Shown one piece after another: positions 14,343 to 35,900 of a stretch of DNA of 64,000 nucleotides. A program made the position numbers and the translations under genes. Location: the NCBI GenBank assembly GCA_964035545.1, contig OZ037767.1:27792628-27856627 (forward strand). The letters run 5' to 3'. Numbering within the stretch: the first letter of the stretch is position 1; every line of letters starts with the position of its first letter. The stretch comes from Bugula neritina. Taxonomy: Eukaryota > Animalia > Bryozoa. The notes beneath the pieces were generated by a model. The model was not told the DNA's origin and did no database searches. It saw only the letters and a program-made list of their open reading frames with translations.

Positions 14343-17300
14343 TCATTCTGTAATCGCTGGTTGATCTTCAGCTTGTAAACTCTTAGCTTGCTCCTCCATC
14401 AGCTTTTCATTTTTTAATTTTTCAGACAAAGCCTACAATTGGTTAAATAGATGTTAACATAAGCACTACATAAACTGTTCCCACATAACTAACTGTTTTC
14501 TCTCGGTTAAACGAAACACTAGAAACTGGAGGTGGAAGGGGAACTGGTTTTAACGAAACAGTTGAAATAAAATATGAAACATAACAATTTTAACAGCTGA
14601 AGCTTTACAGAAATGATGTGTGCCTTAATAGTCGGGTTCTACATTTTCTTCGCCCTGTTCAGCAATTTCATGCAGATCTGGTAGTTGGTTGAGCACTCGC
14701 GGTTTGGTTAAATTTCCATAGCTGTCTTCTGATGACTCAATTATTGTCGGAGGTGTATTGAAAATGGTCTGAGGTTGGACACTTGGTGTTTGTTCCAGAG
14801 TTTCAATGTTTTCTTGTTTTTTCAGTAATTTAGTGGACTCTAATAGCTATTATACCAAAATGATTAAAATTATTAAACGTTGAAAATGAGCGAAACCAGT
14901 GAACTTCCTGTATTACAGTGAATTGAGTTACTCGAATGTGCTGATACCTGATAGGCCTGAGATCTGGCTGCTACAATCTCCCTCATCATTCCATCAACCA
15001 CTAGTCTTCCTAATTCAGATTTGTTGAGTTGCTCACACACTCTGTCCATTAGCCATGGCATGAAACCTTGCTCTACATCTGTAAGAATCACAGTGAACCA
15101 TTTCTAACAGTCAAAAGTAGAATAAATTGGCAGCTCTACATACCTCTACTCATACTCTAAAACCTATCAGCATATTCTATGCATTATATTAGATATATCT
15201 TGCAATGATGGTACAAGCTTCTGTTTGCCATGTCGACTGACACATTTGGAACAGAACTTACCTCGCTCCACTGGGTCGTAGAAATAGCCGTTATCTGCTA
15301 GTGTACCAAACACGCTGGGTACTAAATCTGCCAAGTAACTCTGTGCGAAAGCTCTGGCTGCAATTTTGTCCGCAGTTTCCTTCTGCTTTTTGAGAACTTC
15401 TCTCTGCTGTTTCATTCGCCTCTCCTATATAATTATCACACATATTTTAAGCTATGGTAATGGTTATTGTTCTTCATACATGTAGTTCACGTAACCAGTT
15501 ACATTGTCAAAGTTATATTTCCCCATCACCTATTGTTATTTCTCACTGCAAGCAATCAATAATTAATCACCGATTGTGTTGTCTTTTTCTACCAAGACAA
15601 TAAGCTCTTAAAAAATAACCTTATTGATTTGGCTAGTAATTATTTGTTGGTATGCCATCTTTGACAAAGGTCTTTTCAAAACCTTAAAATTCTGAGCAAA
15701 TTCAAAACCTGAGCAAAATTCCAAATTGAAAATGATCTTCAACAGTTCATAGCAATGAATGTTGAGTCATAAACATCTATATAGAGTTACCTTCTCTTCA
15801 CGATGTCTCCTCTCTTGCTCCTCTAACCTCTGTTGCTCTACATGCTCAGCATTCCTGAGCTCTTCGAAGGCTCTCTGTTGAGCTCTCAAGTTAGCCAACT
15901 CTTCCTCCTCCATTACCTCTAGTAATGCTTGCTCAATGGTCTTCCCAACCAACACTTCTAATATTGGTTTTACTTCAATGTCAAAGTCAAATAGCTGCAA
16001 AATAAACAACAATTTATTGCTGTGATACATTTTAACCGCATTTCTGAATGATAATTTAAGTCTGCTGCAGCATAAATAATTTTTATGCTGTCTGTATCTT
16101 ATATGTTCACTGTTTTGCAAGACTTAGTACAGTAATAAAGTGACGTACATCTCCTTCATATATTTGTGTATCTACATCAACGCCAGACTTAGCAGGAATA
16201 AACATAGGACTTGGTGGTCGGTCTAAGAAACTGTCTGTTTGAACTTCTACGTCTGCTTCTTCAACTCGATCAGACAACTCCTCTAAGTAAAGTTCTGTCT
16301 GTACATCTATATGCTTTCTTCCTGTATTACAAATATTAACTTATCACTTATGTAACTGGCTTAATTATTTACTTCAAAATTAAGACCTAGCAAGCTTACA
16401 TGCCACTTTTAATGAGTTGAGCTGTTTACATAATTGACATGTTTTAATTTCTTGTCACATATACACACTGTGTTGCCAGGTGCTCAATGTTTTTCATTGC
16501 ATAATAATAGTAGCTCCTCAAACATTACTGAAAAACAGCTGTGCAAGTTATGGTGTTAATTAAGACTATAAGCATAGTTATTTTATTTTACGACATAATA
16601 TTTGAGATTTTTAGCAACACCTATCAAGAACAATAGTCAATTTAAATTACATTTTTATTATTTGTTTTAAATTCTTATGTTGCTTATTGTTTTCATTATC
16701 ATTCTCCAATATCCTTCAAGAGTATTAATTATGTTATATCAAAAACCAGTGTTACTAGAAAAAAGCATTATCACTGCACCTTCAACTGGGTCAGGTGACC
16801 TTGGTCTAAGTTGCTCTTTAGCTCTTTTCCTTGCTATCATTCGCCTTCTTTGCTCTTGTTGCCTTTGAATTTCAATAGGGTCTGGTTGTGCTGCCTAAAG
16901 ATCATTTATCAAATTTATGAAGTTTTAACTATATATGATTGAAAGTGATAAATATACTAACTGAGTTTTTGTAGAAAAGTTCGTATATAATTTTACAGCA
17001 AAATCGATTGATTTAATTAAATTGAAAACATGTGTAATGATTTGATTTTATTACACTTATAATTTAGTTGCCATGATGGTATATTGACTTACAGCTGGTA
17101 ATGTATGTTGGGCATATGTGTTCCCTCTAACAACTCTCTTGTCCCACATAATATTTCCAAATGGAGCAGGTCCATTTCTGTAACAGTGACAGCAATATGG
17201 TAATAATATTTTAATTATTTTACAGTTCATTAACTACTATTTTATTTAAAACTAGAAGTGTTAGCTTAGTGCTTACGGATCAATTGGTGGTTGTCCAGCA

Positions 17301-17404
17301 TCATTTCTAAACTTTTTCCGTTGTGGTACAGCACGTGGTTGACTGGAATATGTGTATGTTTCCTCTCCCGGATTAGGTTTTTGCTGGGGCAATACAGCAG
17401 CCAT
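14343..17404 (-). CDS. RSPH3: Radial spoke head protein 3 homolog (ciliary axoneme)
   Basis: Exons 17404-17277, 17177-17093, 16894-16780, 16321-16149, 15994-15791, 15424-15262, 15078-14948, then terminal exon 14846-14625 or 14432-14343. Signature motifs GNIMWDKRVVRGNTYA, GRKHIDVQTELYLEEL, DRPPSPMFIPAKSGVDVDTQIYEGDLFDFDIEVKPILEVLVGKTIEQAL. Confidence 0.97.
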
Positions 17405-17777
17405 TGATGATTTGCTTTCTGCAAAGTACCAGTGTATTTGTTTATTACTTAGACTGTATGTTTGCAGCTAAACACTATTTGATAACAGATATATTATCAA
17501 AAATATGTAGAGATTGTCAAACTTATATAGTCAGCCAATAAAAACAAACTAATTTTAAAATAAAAAAGTTAAAACTAAAGCAGTTTGTGTTAATTTTTCA
17601 CTTACAGCTCATTCAAAAATTACTTCGACGCTGGAAGTGCTACTGTTACTGTTAGTATTCACTGAATTTCACATTTCAATCCAATGACAAGTTAAAGATT
17701 TTGTTGAAAGAGGAAAACTATTAGATGATTTGTATATAGCTTGTCATTTTTTAAATTAAATTTAAAAAAATTCTTAC

Positions 17778-18209
17778 CTTAGTTGCTTTGATAAATGAAA
17801 TAATAAGGAAAAGACAGAATATTATTAATCGAGCAGTATGAACGATCAATTTCAAAAGACACTCAACTCACTACTGTTGCTAAAGGCACTGGTCGGTTGT
17901 TTTGGCGTAACCATGGTTTCAGTGTAGTCTAACGAGAGTTTAATTATCGTTTAAGTATAGGCACTGTTTTATTAGCTGATCGTGAAACGATGCGTATGAG
18001 GTGTAATTAGACTGCATGTGGCGAGTCAGTTTCATGCACAAATACAATGTCAAGGCCAGCAGTTATACTCGAGCATACGTACATCACGGTACATGTCTAC
18101 TGAGCTTGGCATTTGAACGTTTATTTTATAATAACTATTTATTGGGAGCGCAATCTTTTACTTTTAGGTCATTGTGATCTATATTACTTTTTAAATATAT
18201 AATTGAAGA
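17778..18209. promoter_or_regulatory. Putative bidirectional RSPH3/FDX1 promoter with X-box-like (RFX) sites
   Basis: Candidate RSPH3 5'UTR donor at 17777 (-) and FDX1 ATG at 18210 (+). GTTGCTAAAGGCAC at 17876-17889 and GTAACCATGGTTTC at 17907-17920 partly match the RFX X-box expected at ciliary genes. Confidence 0.5.
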
Positions 18210-21200
18210 ATGCTTTCAAAAATGAGATTACTATTACAACGGCTAGTGAATAATTCTAGACTTTCACAGCATAGTTATCAAATCCAAAGTCAGATTCAAA
18301 ATCGATGTGATAAACTTCAATTTAACTCTTTTCACACCGTTATACAGCCACAGTTTCAGAAGCAACATGACCGTCAAACAGGATTGAAATTGAGTTTTAG
18401 AAGGCTAGCAAGTACTTTTAAATTTGCCAGTAATTTAACAGACAGTCCGTCACGGTCATGTACTTGCACTTCTGCACTGAAGTCGAAGAACAGTTCTAGT
18501 TCTACTTACACTTACAGTACGTTGTGTCCGCAGCTTGAGCTCCATTACCCTGCCTATAGACACAATGCAATTGGTTCCAGAAAGCTTGCCACAGCTGCTG
18601 GGTAGGTATACAAATTCTGAAACTTACACGAAACTTAAAAATTATTAATTTAACTTATTACTCTTACCTCTTACCCTTACAGTTACTATAAACTATAAAG
18701 TTAAAGTAGAAGTAAATTTTTAATGCTAAACTAAAACCTATATTATTTTATAGTTATACTCATACTGGTAGCTGCAAGTCAAATTGTATTAATATTTACT
18801 ATTTTCATTATTTGATTTAGACCTAGAAAAACATCATTTTGTTGACTTTTAAATTATAAAGTTTATCCAATAATTTTATCATCTGCATTGTAAATCAGAA
18901 ATTAAGATGAGGGTACACAAGAATCAGCACAGTAAGGGTTGCCCGAAGTCAAGGATTTCACATTCCAATAGCTTCTTGATTCTTGTTATCTTCTTTGTTT
19001 CTATTGATTGTCTGAAAATCACCTTGCAGAATTTAAATCTCATTAAGTTGGTGTATGTATAATGTTATATAATTTCTGATGTCATTCTAGTTATTATCGT
19101 AACTATTACTGCTACCATTACTGCTAGAGCTAGAATCAAGCTGACCTAATTAGGTTCTTTGCTAGCTGAGTACTCAAAGTTTACTGACTAGATTTAGGTC
19201 ATAAAATAACTCAATTGACTATCCTATCTGACTAAATAAATTGTAATTAATTTTTTCAAGTCATTGAAATATCTGATTAGTTGTTATAAATAATCACATC
19301 TTAGTATTAGATATTCACCTATAGACTCTTGATTAGAACTTGAATTAGATCTCAATAATTTACTAGAGTTTTGAAGTAAAGTTGATTTCTGTGTTATTTT
19401 ACTGACAGTAAAAAGGAACCAAGTTCTGGTGGAATTTATTTGCTTATTTGGTTTTGTTCGAATGTTTGAAATAATATTTTGTTTAGTTATTCTCTACCAA
19501 TTCAGGCATAAAATATAATTATTACAGAAAGTTATTTTCACCTGCACTTGCCAGTATTGTTTTTGACTGGTTATAAACCACTATTAGATTTTCGAACTTA
19601 TATTACGACAATAACAGGCACCTGTGTGCCAGGAATTCTAGGCCTGAGGCAATTTCTTATAAAAAAAATGTGGGAGATTTGTAGGCCTCAGTCTACAGCC
19701 ACTATATCAACTCATCCATGCATTACATCAGTTTAATTTATATGACTAACTGAACATGGGCTAAACTTTCCCACGTTGCCAAATTTTGAAAGTTTAATGG
19801 AACATTTTCGGTACACACAAATCAAGTGATGTAATCAGTACTTTTAATAAACAGTTAAGTTAAGTTAAGATAATTTTCCCACTTCATTTGTTTTAAACAT
19901 CTGTCGGTGTTTGCCATATATCTATGTAGGACTAAGTAACAGTTTTTTCTCAGTATGAGAATATTTTTCAGAATTAAAAATAATTTATGGTGCACTTCCC
20001 ATTGTCTACAGTAGATAGTCTATTGTATTCTATTCAAATCTAAGCCTGTGATTTATGTACATGCTATGTACTATGTAGTTGCTCTACTGTAGTCTATAGT
20101 GTGATAAGTTGTGTTGCATAGTTTATGGTAATTCCATGTCATGAAAACTTTGATGACTAACCAGTCTGGTTCCTCTAAAGTCTAAACATTCATCACAAAT
20201 CTCAACTTTCAACTCTTTCAATAATGAGACAGACATTTTTTTATGTAACTATTTCAAACAAGAGCATAACACAAGTATTTTGTATGTAAAACTAAACTCC
20301 ATAATCCTTGCTGTATGTAGTATTCATATTCTGTATTGTATTGTCTGTAGAAAAATCACAGTCCATTTCCTGTTTGCTGACGGCAAGAGAAAGACAGTAG
20401 AAGCTAAGCAAGGCAGCAACCTGCTGGATGTTGTCATTGACCACGACATTGACATAGATGGGTTTGGTAAATACTTTACTATTAAGACTTTATTCTACAG
20501 CCAGCTGGCTAATTGTGGTGTGGGTTCATTTGACAGATGGTTGGCATTACATAAATGTCACTCAACTACTTTGTACTGGTCACCTGCTGAGCTCTGTTCA
20601 AGTCCTGTTGTCTGTAGCCTATTATTAGAAAGGTCCAGAAAGGTCCACTGTGGGATCCACATAATTACTGCTTGCCTGTGTACACAAGAGAGAGTGTACG
20701 CTTGCTTCTGGCTTGTTATTTAAATCATTATTTAAGGGGCAAATGAATAACTGTTGAAATGCTTTCAATAACAAGGGAAAGTGGTATGAGTTCAAAATTA
20801 TATGTGTCTATGCATACTGTGTGTGAAAGTACGGCCCTCTTGCTGATAGAGGTCTTTGTCATGATGTTTTTGTCATGTTAAAGTTGAAGCTATGTATCCT
20901 CTTACAGGTGCTTGCGAAGGAACGCTGGCCTGCTCTACCTGTCATGTGATTCTTCCACAGGATGTGTATGACAAACTACCGCCCCCTGTTGATGAAGAAC
21001 TGGATATGCTAGACTTAGCCTATGAACTTACCGATTCGTGAGTTGCTTTTCTAACTCATAGTCTAGACCAGGGGTGTCCAACCTTTTCAGAGCAAGGGAT
21101 GGGAACATTTTGGTGGTGAGAGCCACATTGTAAACTTCAGTTTAAGCTGGGGGCCCACAGCATCAGTATTTTCTAATTACTTTATTCCAATTTTTTTATG

Positions 21201-21785
21201 AAAAATCACCCCATGAAGTTGAAATAGTTACAACAGGCTGCTTGTTTTGTAGTACGTGAATAAATAGGACATTTAAAAGGTGGTTTTCCGCTCAAATTCA
21301 TATACGGTGAGAAAAATAATTTTAGTTGTCATGTCTTTGAGGGCCACATAAATGTAGGCTGGGGGCCACATCCGGCCCTGGAGCCATCTGTTGGACAGCC
21401 CTGGTCTAGACGTACTAATCCCACTGCAGGTTTTCTGTAACTTGTGGAGTTGTAATGATTCTAAAGAAAGTTACATTAGCGTCCTGGCGACTAGCTCAGA
21501 TATGTGAGGGAAGACAACTCTGCAAATAGCCACATTATACACCAGCTTATAAACAACAGCACTTTTATTGTACTTGTGTGAAGGTCTTTTTAAACTAAGC
21601 TGCATTTTCATTATTTTTATGGTTGCAAATTTTTGAGAATAACTATTATTTTGTGTCACTGGTAAAGTTTGTATATATGTATCCATGGTTACAGGTCAAG
21701 GTTGGGTTGTCAAGTGGTGCTCACTAAAGACTTAGATGGTTTAGAAGTTACTGTCCCAGTTGGGGTGGCAGATGCTAGGGGTTGA
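18210..21785 (+). CDS. FDX1: Mitochondrial [2Fe-2S] ferredoxin, adrenodoxin (FDX1) type, 242 aa
   Basis: Exons 18210-18601, 20351-20466, 20908-21037, 21695-21785. Motifs [35 protein letters not shown] and C-terminal VADAR (FDX1-like; lacks the FDX2 FYVDG tail). Basic Ser/Arg-rich presequence. Confidence 0.95.
21069..21403. mobile_element. Non-autonomous hAT (Charlie-like) DNA transposon in FDX1 intron 3
   Basis: TIRs CAGGGGTGTCCAAC / GTTGGACAGCCCTG; perfect 8-bp TSD GTCTAGAC at 21061-21068 and 21404-21411. Confidence 0.92.
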
Positions 21786-22865
21786 CAATTCTTATTATAT
21801 TTATGTTTATGGTGGAAATTCTAGGCAATTATTTAATATTTTATTCAATATGTTTTTACCCAAACTGTTGCACTGATAATGCCATCTAACAATATAATAC
21901 TTATATGAAGCCTCAAGATAGCCTTCCTGGTGCTGAATCAGTATTTAGTTGGTTATGTAACTCATGGAAATCATCTACAGATTTATAGAGATATAGTCTA
22001 ATGTATTCTTGTTGTTTTAATGCTCTAAAGTATTTTTCATATGTATTAAATAGTTATAAGTTGAAGCAATTATTAAGACAGCGTAATTTGATTTGTCGGT
22101 TATTTTACAAGCTGCTGTCTGTTTTACTCATATTCCTAGAATTTATCTTCAATAAACCACGAATTTACACAAACTCATATTTTGACTTTATTTCTCAAGT
22201 ATTTTGTTGGATCAATACCATATAAACTGTATGTGTCAAGTGTGAACACATGAAGTAGCTCAAGACACTGTGATTATAGTATTCAATAGCTTACAGTGAT
22301 GAACAATGACGCCAGTGTCTCAGTTAGCTAAAGTACTTAGTGAAATTTGGTTTTCAATTCAATTATTTGTTCATTATTCAAAAATTCATGGTGTAATATT
22401 TTTAAAAGTATTGATTATACAAGATGCAAGTAGTGGGTTTAGTTTAATTATTTGGAGTTTTCTTCTATCAGCTTCTCATTTGAGTATAATAATATCAAAT
22501 TTATATTTTCTTACTATATATTTTCATTAAATAAGGTTGGTTTATAGTTGTATCTTCTATTTAAACATCTGCTTTCTCAATGGGGTTTAGTATAGAATAT
22601 ATCATATAAAGTACTCATTCCCTATAATAATCCATATACTCCATAAAAATCATATCTAAATTGAATCAAATTTGTGTAAAACAGCATAATTAAAAAAATA
22701 AATCCTCAAGGATAATTCTACGAATAAGTAGATTATGGGCAGTGAAGCATGAAACATGCGGATGGGTGTGCACAATTATTACATTAGGTTACCCTATCTT
22801 ATCAATCATTTGAAAGTGGCCACCATGTAATTATAGGTTGTATACCAACATGTGCAGGTAGTTTT

Positions 22866-31442
<8,577 letters not shown>

Positions 31443-31869
31443 CATGACGTATCAGTTTTTTAGTTTGCTATGGATACCTACATGAAAAATTATAGTGATT
31501 CATCTTCTATTATAGTCGCTATTATTTATGATTTGTATTACATTTTTGTTATTATATTGCACTTTTATTATGTTTATCATACGTTTTCAAATTTAGTTGA
31601 TATGATTTCATCATGTTTATTACACAGGTGTTACTTTAGTAGTTGTGCGTCCTTGTGTCTATTATTTGTGTGTCTTATTTTAACATCTGGTCTTTCTGAA
31701 ATACTTGTTGTAAGATGACTTGTTCTGGAACAACTAGAATTGCACTAGATTAACTCCTTCACCACAATCAATTGATAATACTCACTACCTTTTTATTATA
31801 CATTTTCAGTTACTGTACTTAATATTAAATGATTTTACTTGAACTTCTTTTTTTATAATATACACATAC

Positions 31870-32165
<296 letters not shown>

Positions 32166-32996
32166 CATTTAGATTTACTATTGAAATTCACTATTGGCTA
32201 TATTTATGTACCAAGTTTTAAATAAAATTTACACTGGGCCTTGTGTAATTAATTTCTATTAGTATTATAATTAATTAAATGATCACAGGTGTATATAACT
32301 GTAGATCTATACAACACAAACAAAACAAACACAAGCAACATACATGACTCAATCTGTCAACAAGATTTGCCCCCTCTTCAATACAACATGGAGCACAGAC
32401 CGCTTACAACCTATGTTATACTCATGAGACTAAAGTTTCAAATTTCAAATCTTAATCCATTTATGTAAAGTACAACAGAATAATGGAAATACATAGATTA
32501 GGTAGAATATGTAATACTCTTAAATAATAGATCTAGCTACTTAATGGCTAGTCTTTAATTAGAAGTAATTATTAAATTCTAAAAAAAACATAATGTCTCA
32601 CCTATCTGTGGTAAGTAAGCAGACCTAAATAACATTGTTTCGCAGCTTAATATTGGAGTTTTTCTCCAAAAGTAGAACATGCTATTTATATGAGAAAACT
32701 AATTTATAGCTAATCAATTCAGTAATGTAGTCGCAATATACTCATAAAATTCACGATTGAAAAATGTAATAAAACGGACTGCACATGCTTTCGTTTCTTA
32801 CCTCAAAACGGTAAAGAAACTGATTCAGCTCGCAGTAAGCTTTTTAAGCACTCGGCTATCAATTATTCTCTAACAGTTTCACTCAAATTAACTAACCAAG
32901 CATTTGCTTAACTCTAAGCGTCAAATTGACCACGGTTAGTTTTTAGAAAACTGCATTCTTTATGAAAATAACGTTGTTATAATATAGAGTCAAGCA

Positions 32997-35900
32997 ATGG
33001 ATTCCACTTCTCCAGGAAAAGAGGTTAGTTAGTGTTACAACAACTAGTACTACTACTACTAGCACTACTACACTACTACTAGTACTAGTACTAGTACTAC
33101 AACTACTAATACTACTACTACTGGGTCTAGTACTACTACTAGGTCTAGTACTACTAGTACTACTAGTAGTAGTAGTACTACAAGTACAACTTGAACTACA
33201 TACTGATACTGATATTACTTATTAACCCTTACGCGATCAATGGACCATATAATGATATATGTCTCTCAAAGCGACACTATCCACAGATCAATGGACCATA
33301 TATGGTATTTTAGGTAAACAAACAATAGCGCTCACTTTAAACTTCCAGTTTTCAACCGAACAGCCTAAAAGTTTTTGTAATTGATGCTGATACTGCAGCT
33401 TGGTAATTTTGGGATAATTATAGCCATTAAATTTGATTAAATTAATAGCTACCAAGCCAGCTAGTTGCTTTTCAATTTAATCCTTAAATTTCAAAATTAT
33501 CGTTAAATTTTAATGCTACTTTCAAATGAAAGAAACTGCTGTCAAATTATAGAGAGCCAGTTTATTTTATTTAGATAACATTTAGAAGAACATCTAAATA
33601 AACAGAAATGTTGGTCACTAAATTTTGAATCATATTATAAATTAATTTTATCATTTTGAGTTTTCAATTTTAAAATGGCGGTTCTGAGAGGTCAAATTAA
33701 AATGACTGATTTTAGCTAGAATTAAGGCCTCCTGTCACTTTAAGAAGCTTTTTATAATAGAAAATACTCTTAAAATTATAATCACCAGTTTATTTAAGGC
33801 CAAAACTTGAAAGTTATGCAAAATTTTCTAGCAAAATTCGCAATAAACTCAAACGAGGCATAAAATTGCGTAACTTCAAAGTTGATCGCGAAAGGGTTAG
33901 TATTAGTAGTAGTACTACTACTACAACTAGTACTACAAGTTAAAGTTCAAGTTGTAAGCCAGTACGGTTTTACTTTTTAGTTTTAGCGGTTGTAAACTAG
34001 TTCCTTTGTTAAACTTGGTCATATTCATATTGAGATTCGTCACAGTTGCGGCTTGTTTTTAATGCTTAATTTTCAGCCACAATAACAATGAAAATCCCAA
34101 TGAGCATGACAGTATGAGTATGAATAGAATTATGATAGTGATACTGAGTATCAGTATGATAGTGATTGTCTCTGTGATTCATTATCATTTTCTGATTATG
34201 GTGATTGTTATTGTAATTGATTATTCTGATTGAGTTGCTAATAACTTCACAAAGTGAATTTATTGTATTTACTCTGTGACTTTGGCTGACATTGTATTAG
34301 AGTTACAGTTATACGTATTGAGTTAATAATAATACGGACGCGAATTACTGAACCACTGAAACTTGCACTTACAGTTACTCAGTATGGGTATTATGTTGGC
34401 TATGCTGATGCTATGCATTTTTGGAACAAAATTGAAATATAGTCTAGCGTTATTTAATAATAGTAGAAGTAGGTCCATTAGTGGCATTGTACACCTATGG
34501 CTATGTAGCTTTAGTTCGCCTAAAATTTAAAAAGTTAATCTTGAAATTTTGTAGTGGTTATAACATTGCACATAACTGTAGCAAAGCTCATTTAAATAAA
34601 ATGTTATTTTCAGGTTATCTATCCACCATTTTTAAGTTTATTTGCTAACTATTGATGATTAATATTTTTAACACTTGTGTGTACAGAATAAGAATAATAT
34701 GGCTGCGGATGAGCTCAGTGATGACGAATACGATTTACTTAATTCTGAAACTTTTGGAGATGACCAAGAAGGTAAACTGACTTCCATTATGGTTAAGTCA
34801 AATTCTCGATGTAATATAATAGCAACATTTTACTGCTGCTTTGTTTAAAACACTTTCTTTAAGAAATATTTCTAGTCTTGTAGTGCCTTATCACCAGCTA
34901 GTAAAATTCATTTAAGGATTAACTACAACGTGATGATTACATATTCAGTAGAGTGCATCTGCTTGTCTTGTTGCTACAAATGAGTAAACATGGCCTAATT
35001 TGTTTCAGCATTTGATTGGGACGCTTTCGCTGAAGGATACACGAAGCCCGAAGAACCTTCTCTAGACTCTACGGTTTGTTTTTGATCCTTTGCTTTTAAA
35101 TTCATTGTGCTTCTTTCGAATTAACTGAATCTTGTATTGTCAACAATTTATTTTTTTAGCTCGATGTGAAAAAAGATTCCAAAGATGATGTACCTGATGA
35201 CCCTGCTATAATTAGCATGCATTCCACACAGGCACCAGGTCTTGGGTTGCTTGATAACTTGGACTCTATATATGGCAATCAGTCACCTCTTCCCTACCCT
35301 AGCACTATCGATAGTTTGGTATGCTAATGATGTAATTTTGATGACAATTTATTTATCTTTTTTGGCCTAATATAAGAATTAAACTTAAATTATTTTTATT
35401 GTTAGTCAACTATGGATTTTTTTGGCTTGTAATGAGCACAACTTTGCACCTAAAAAAATCAGTGCAAAGCTATATTGTATTCAGAAAGAAGGGTATCGTC
35501 AATATTTTTTGGCGTTATCACAATCTCTTTGATGGTTCTTATGACCTTCTTCATTGAATAACCCTGTCAAACTAACTTCTTTAGTTCAAAATATATCACA
35601 CTGCTTTGTTCAACATCCACAAGTCTGTTTCAGAATATTAGTTTCTTCAGATTCTATCTAAAGATGGTCATGATATTGTAGGCTGAATTATTGGTTTTTT
35701 TAGTATAGAGATTATTGTACTTTTTATTCAACTATATGCTTTTATTTATTAGTTTTAGTTAGCTAGCAGGTGCTGGACATGAACTGAACATGACCTTGAA
35801 CATGCTGTGTGTTGTAGTTAGACCCAGCCCGTGATATATGGGGCAGCCCTCTCACGGCTGGCAGCTTTGTCACTGCCACTGACAGACCAGACATCGTCAG

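Noticed and set aside
20894-20907. U12-type donor motif GTATCCT
   Set aside because: It sits in the pyrimidine tract of an ordinary acceptor; no U12 intron is needed in any model.
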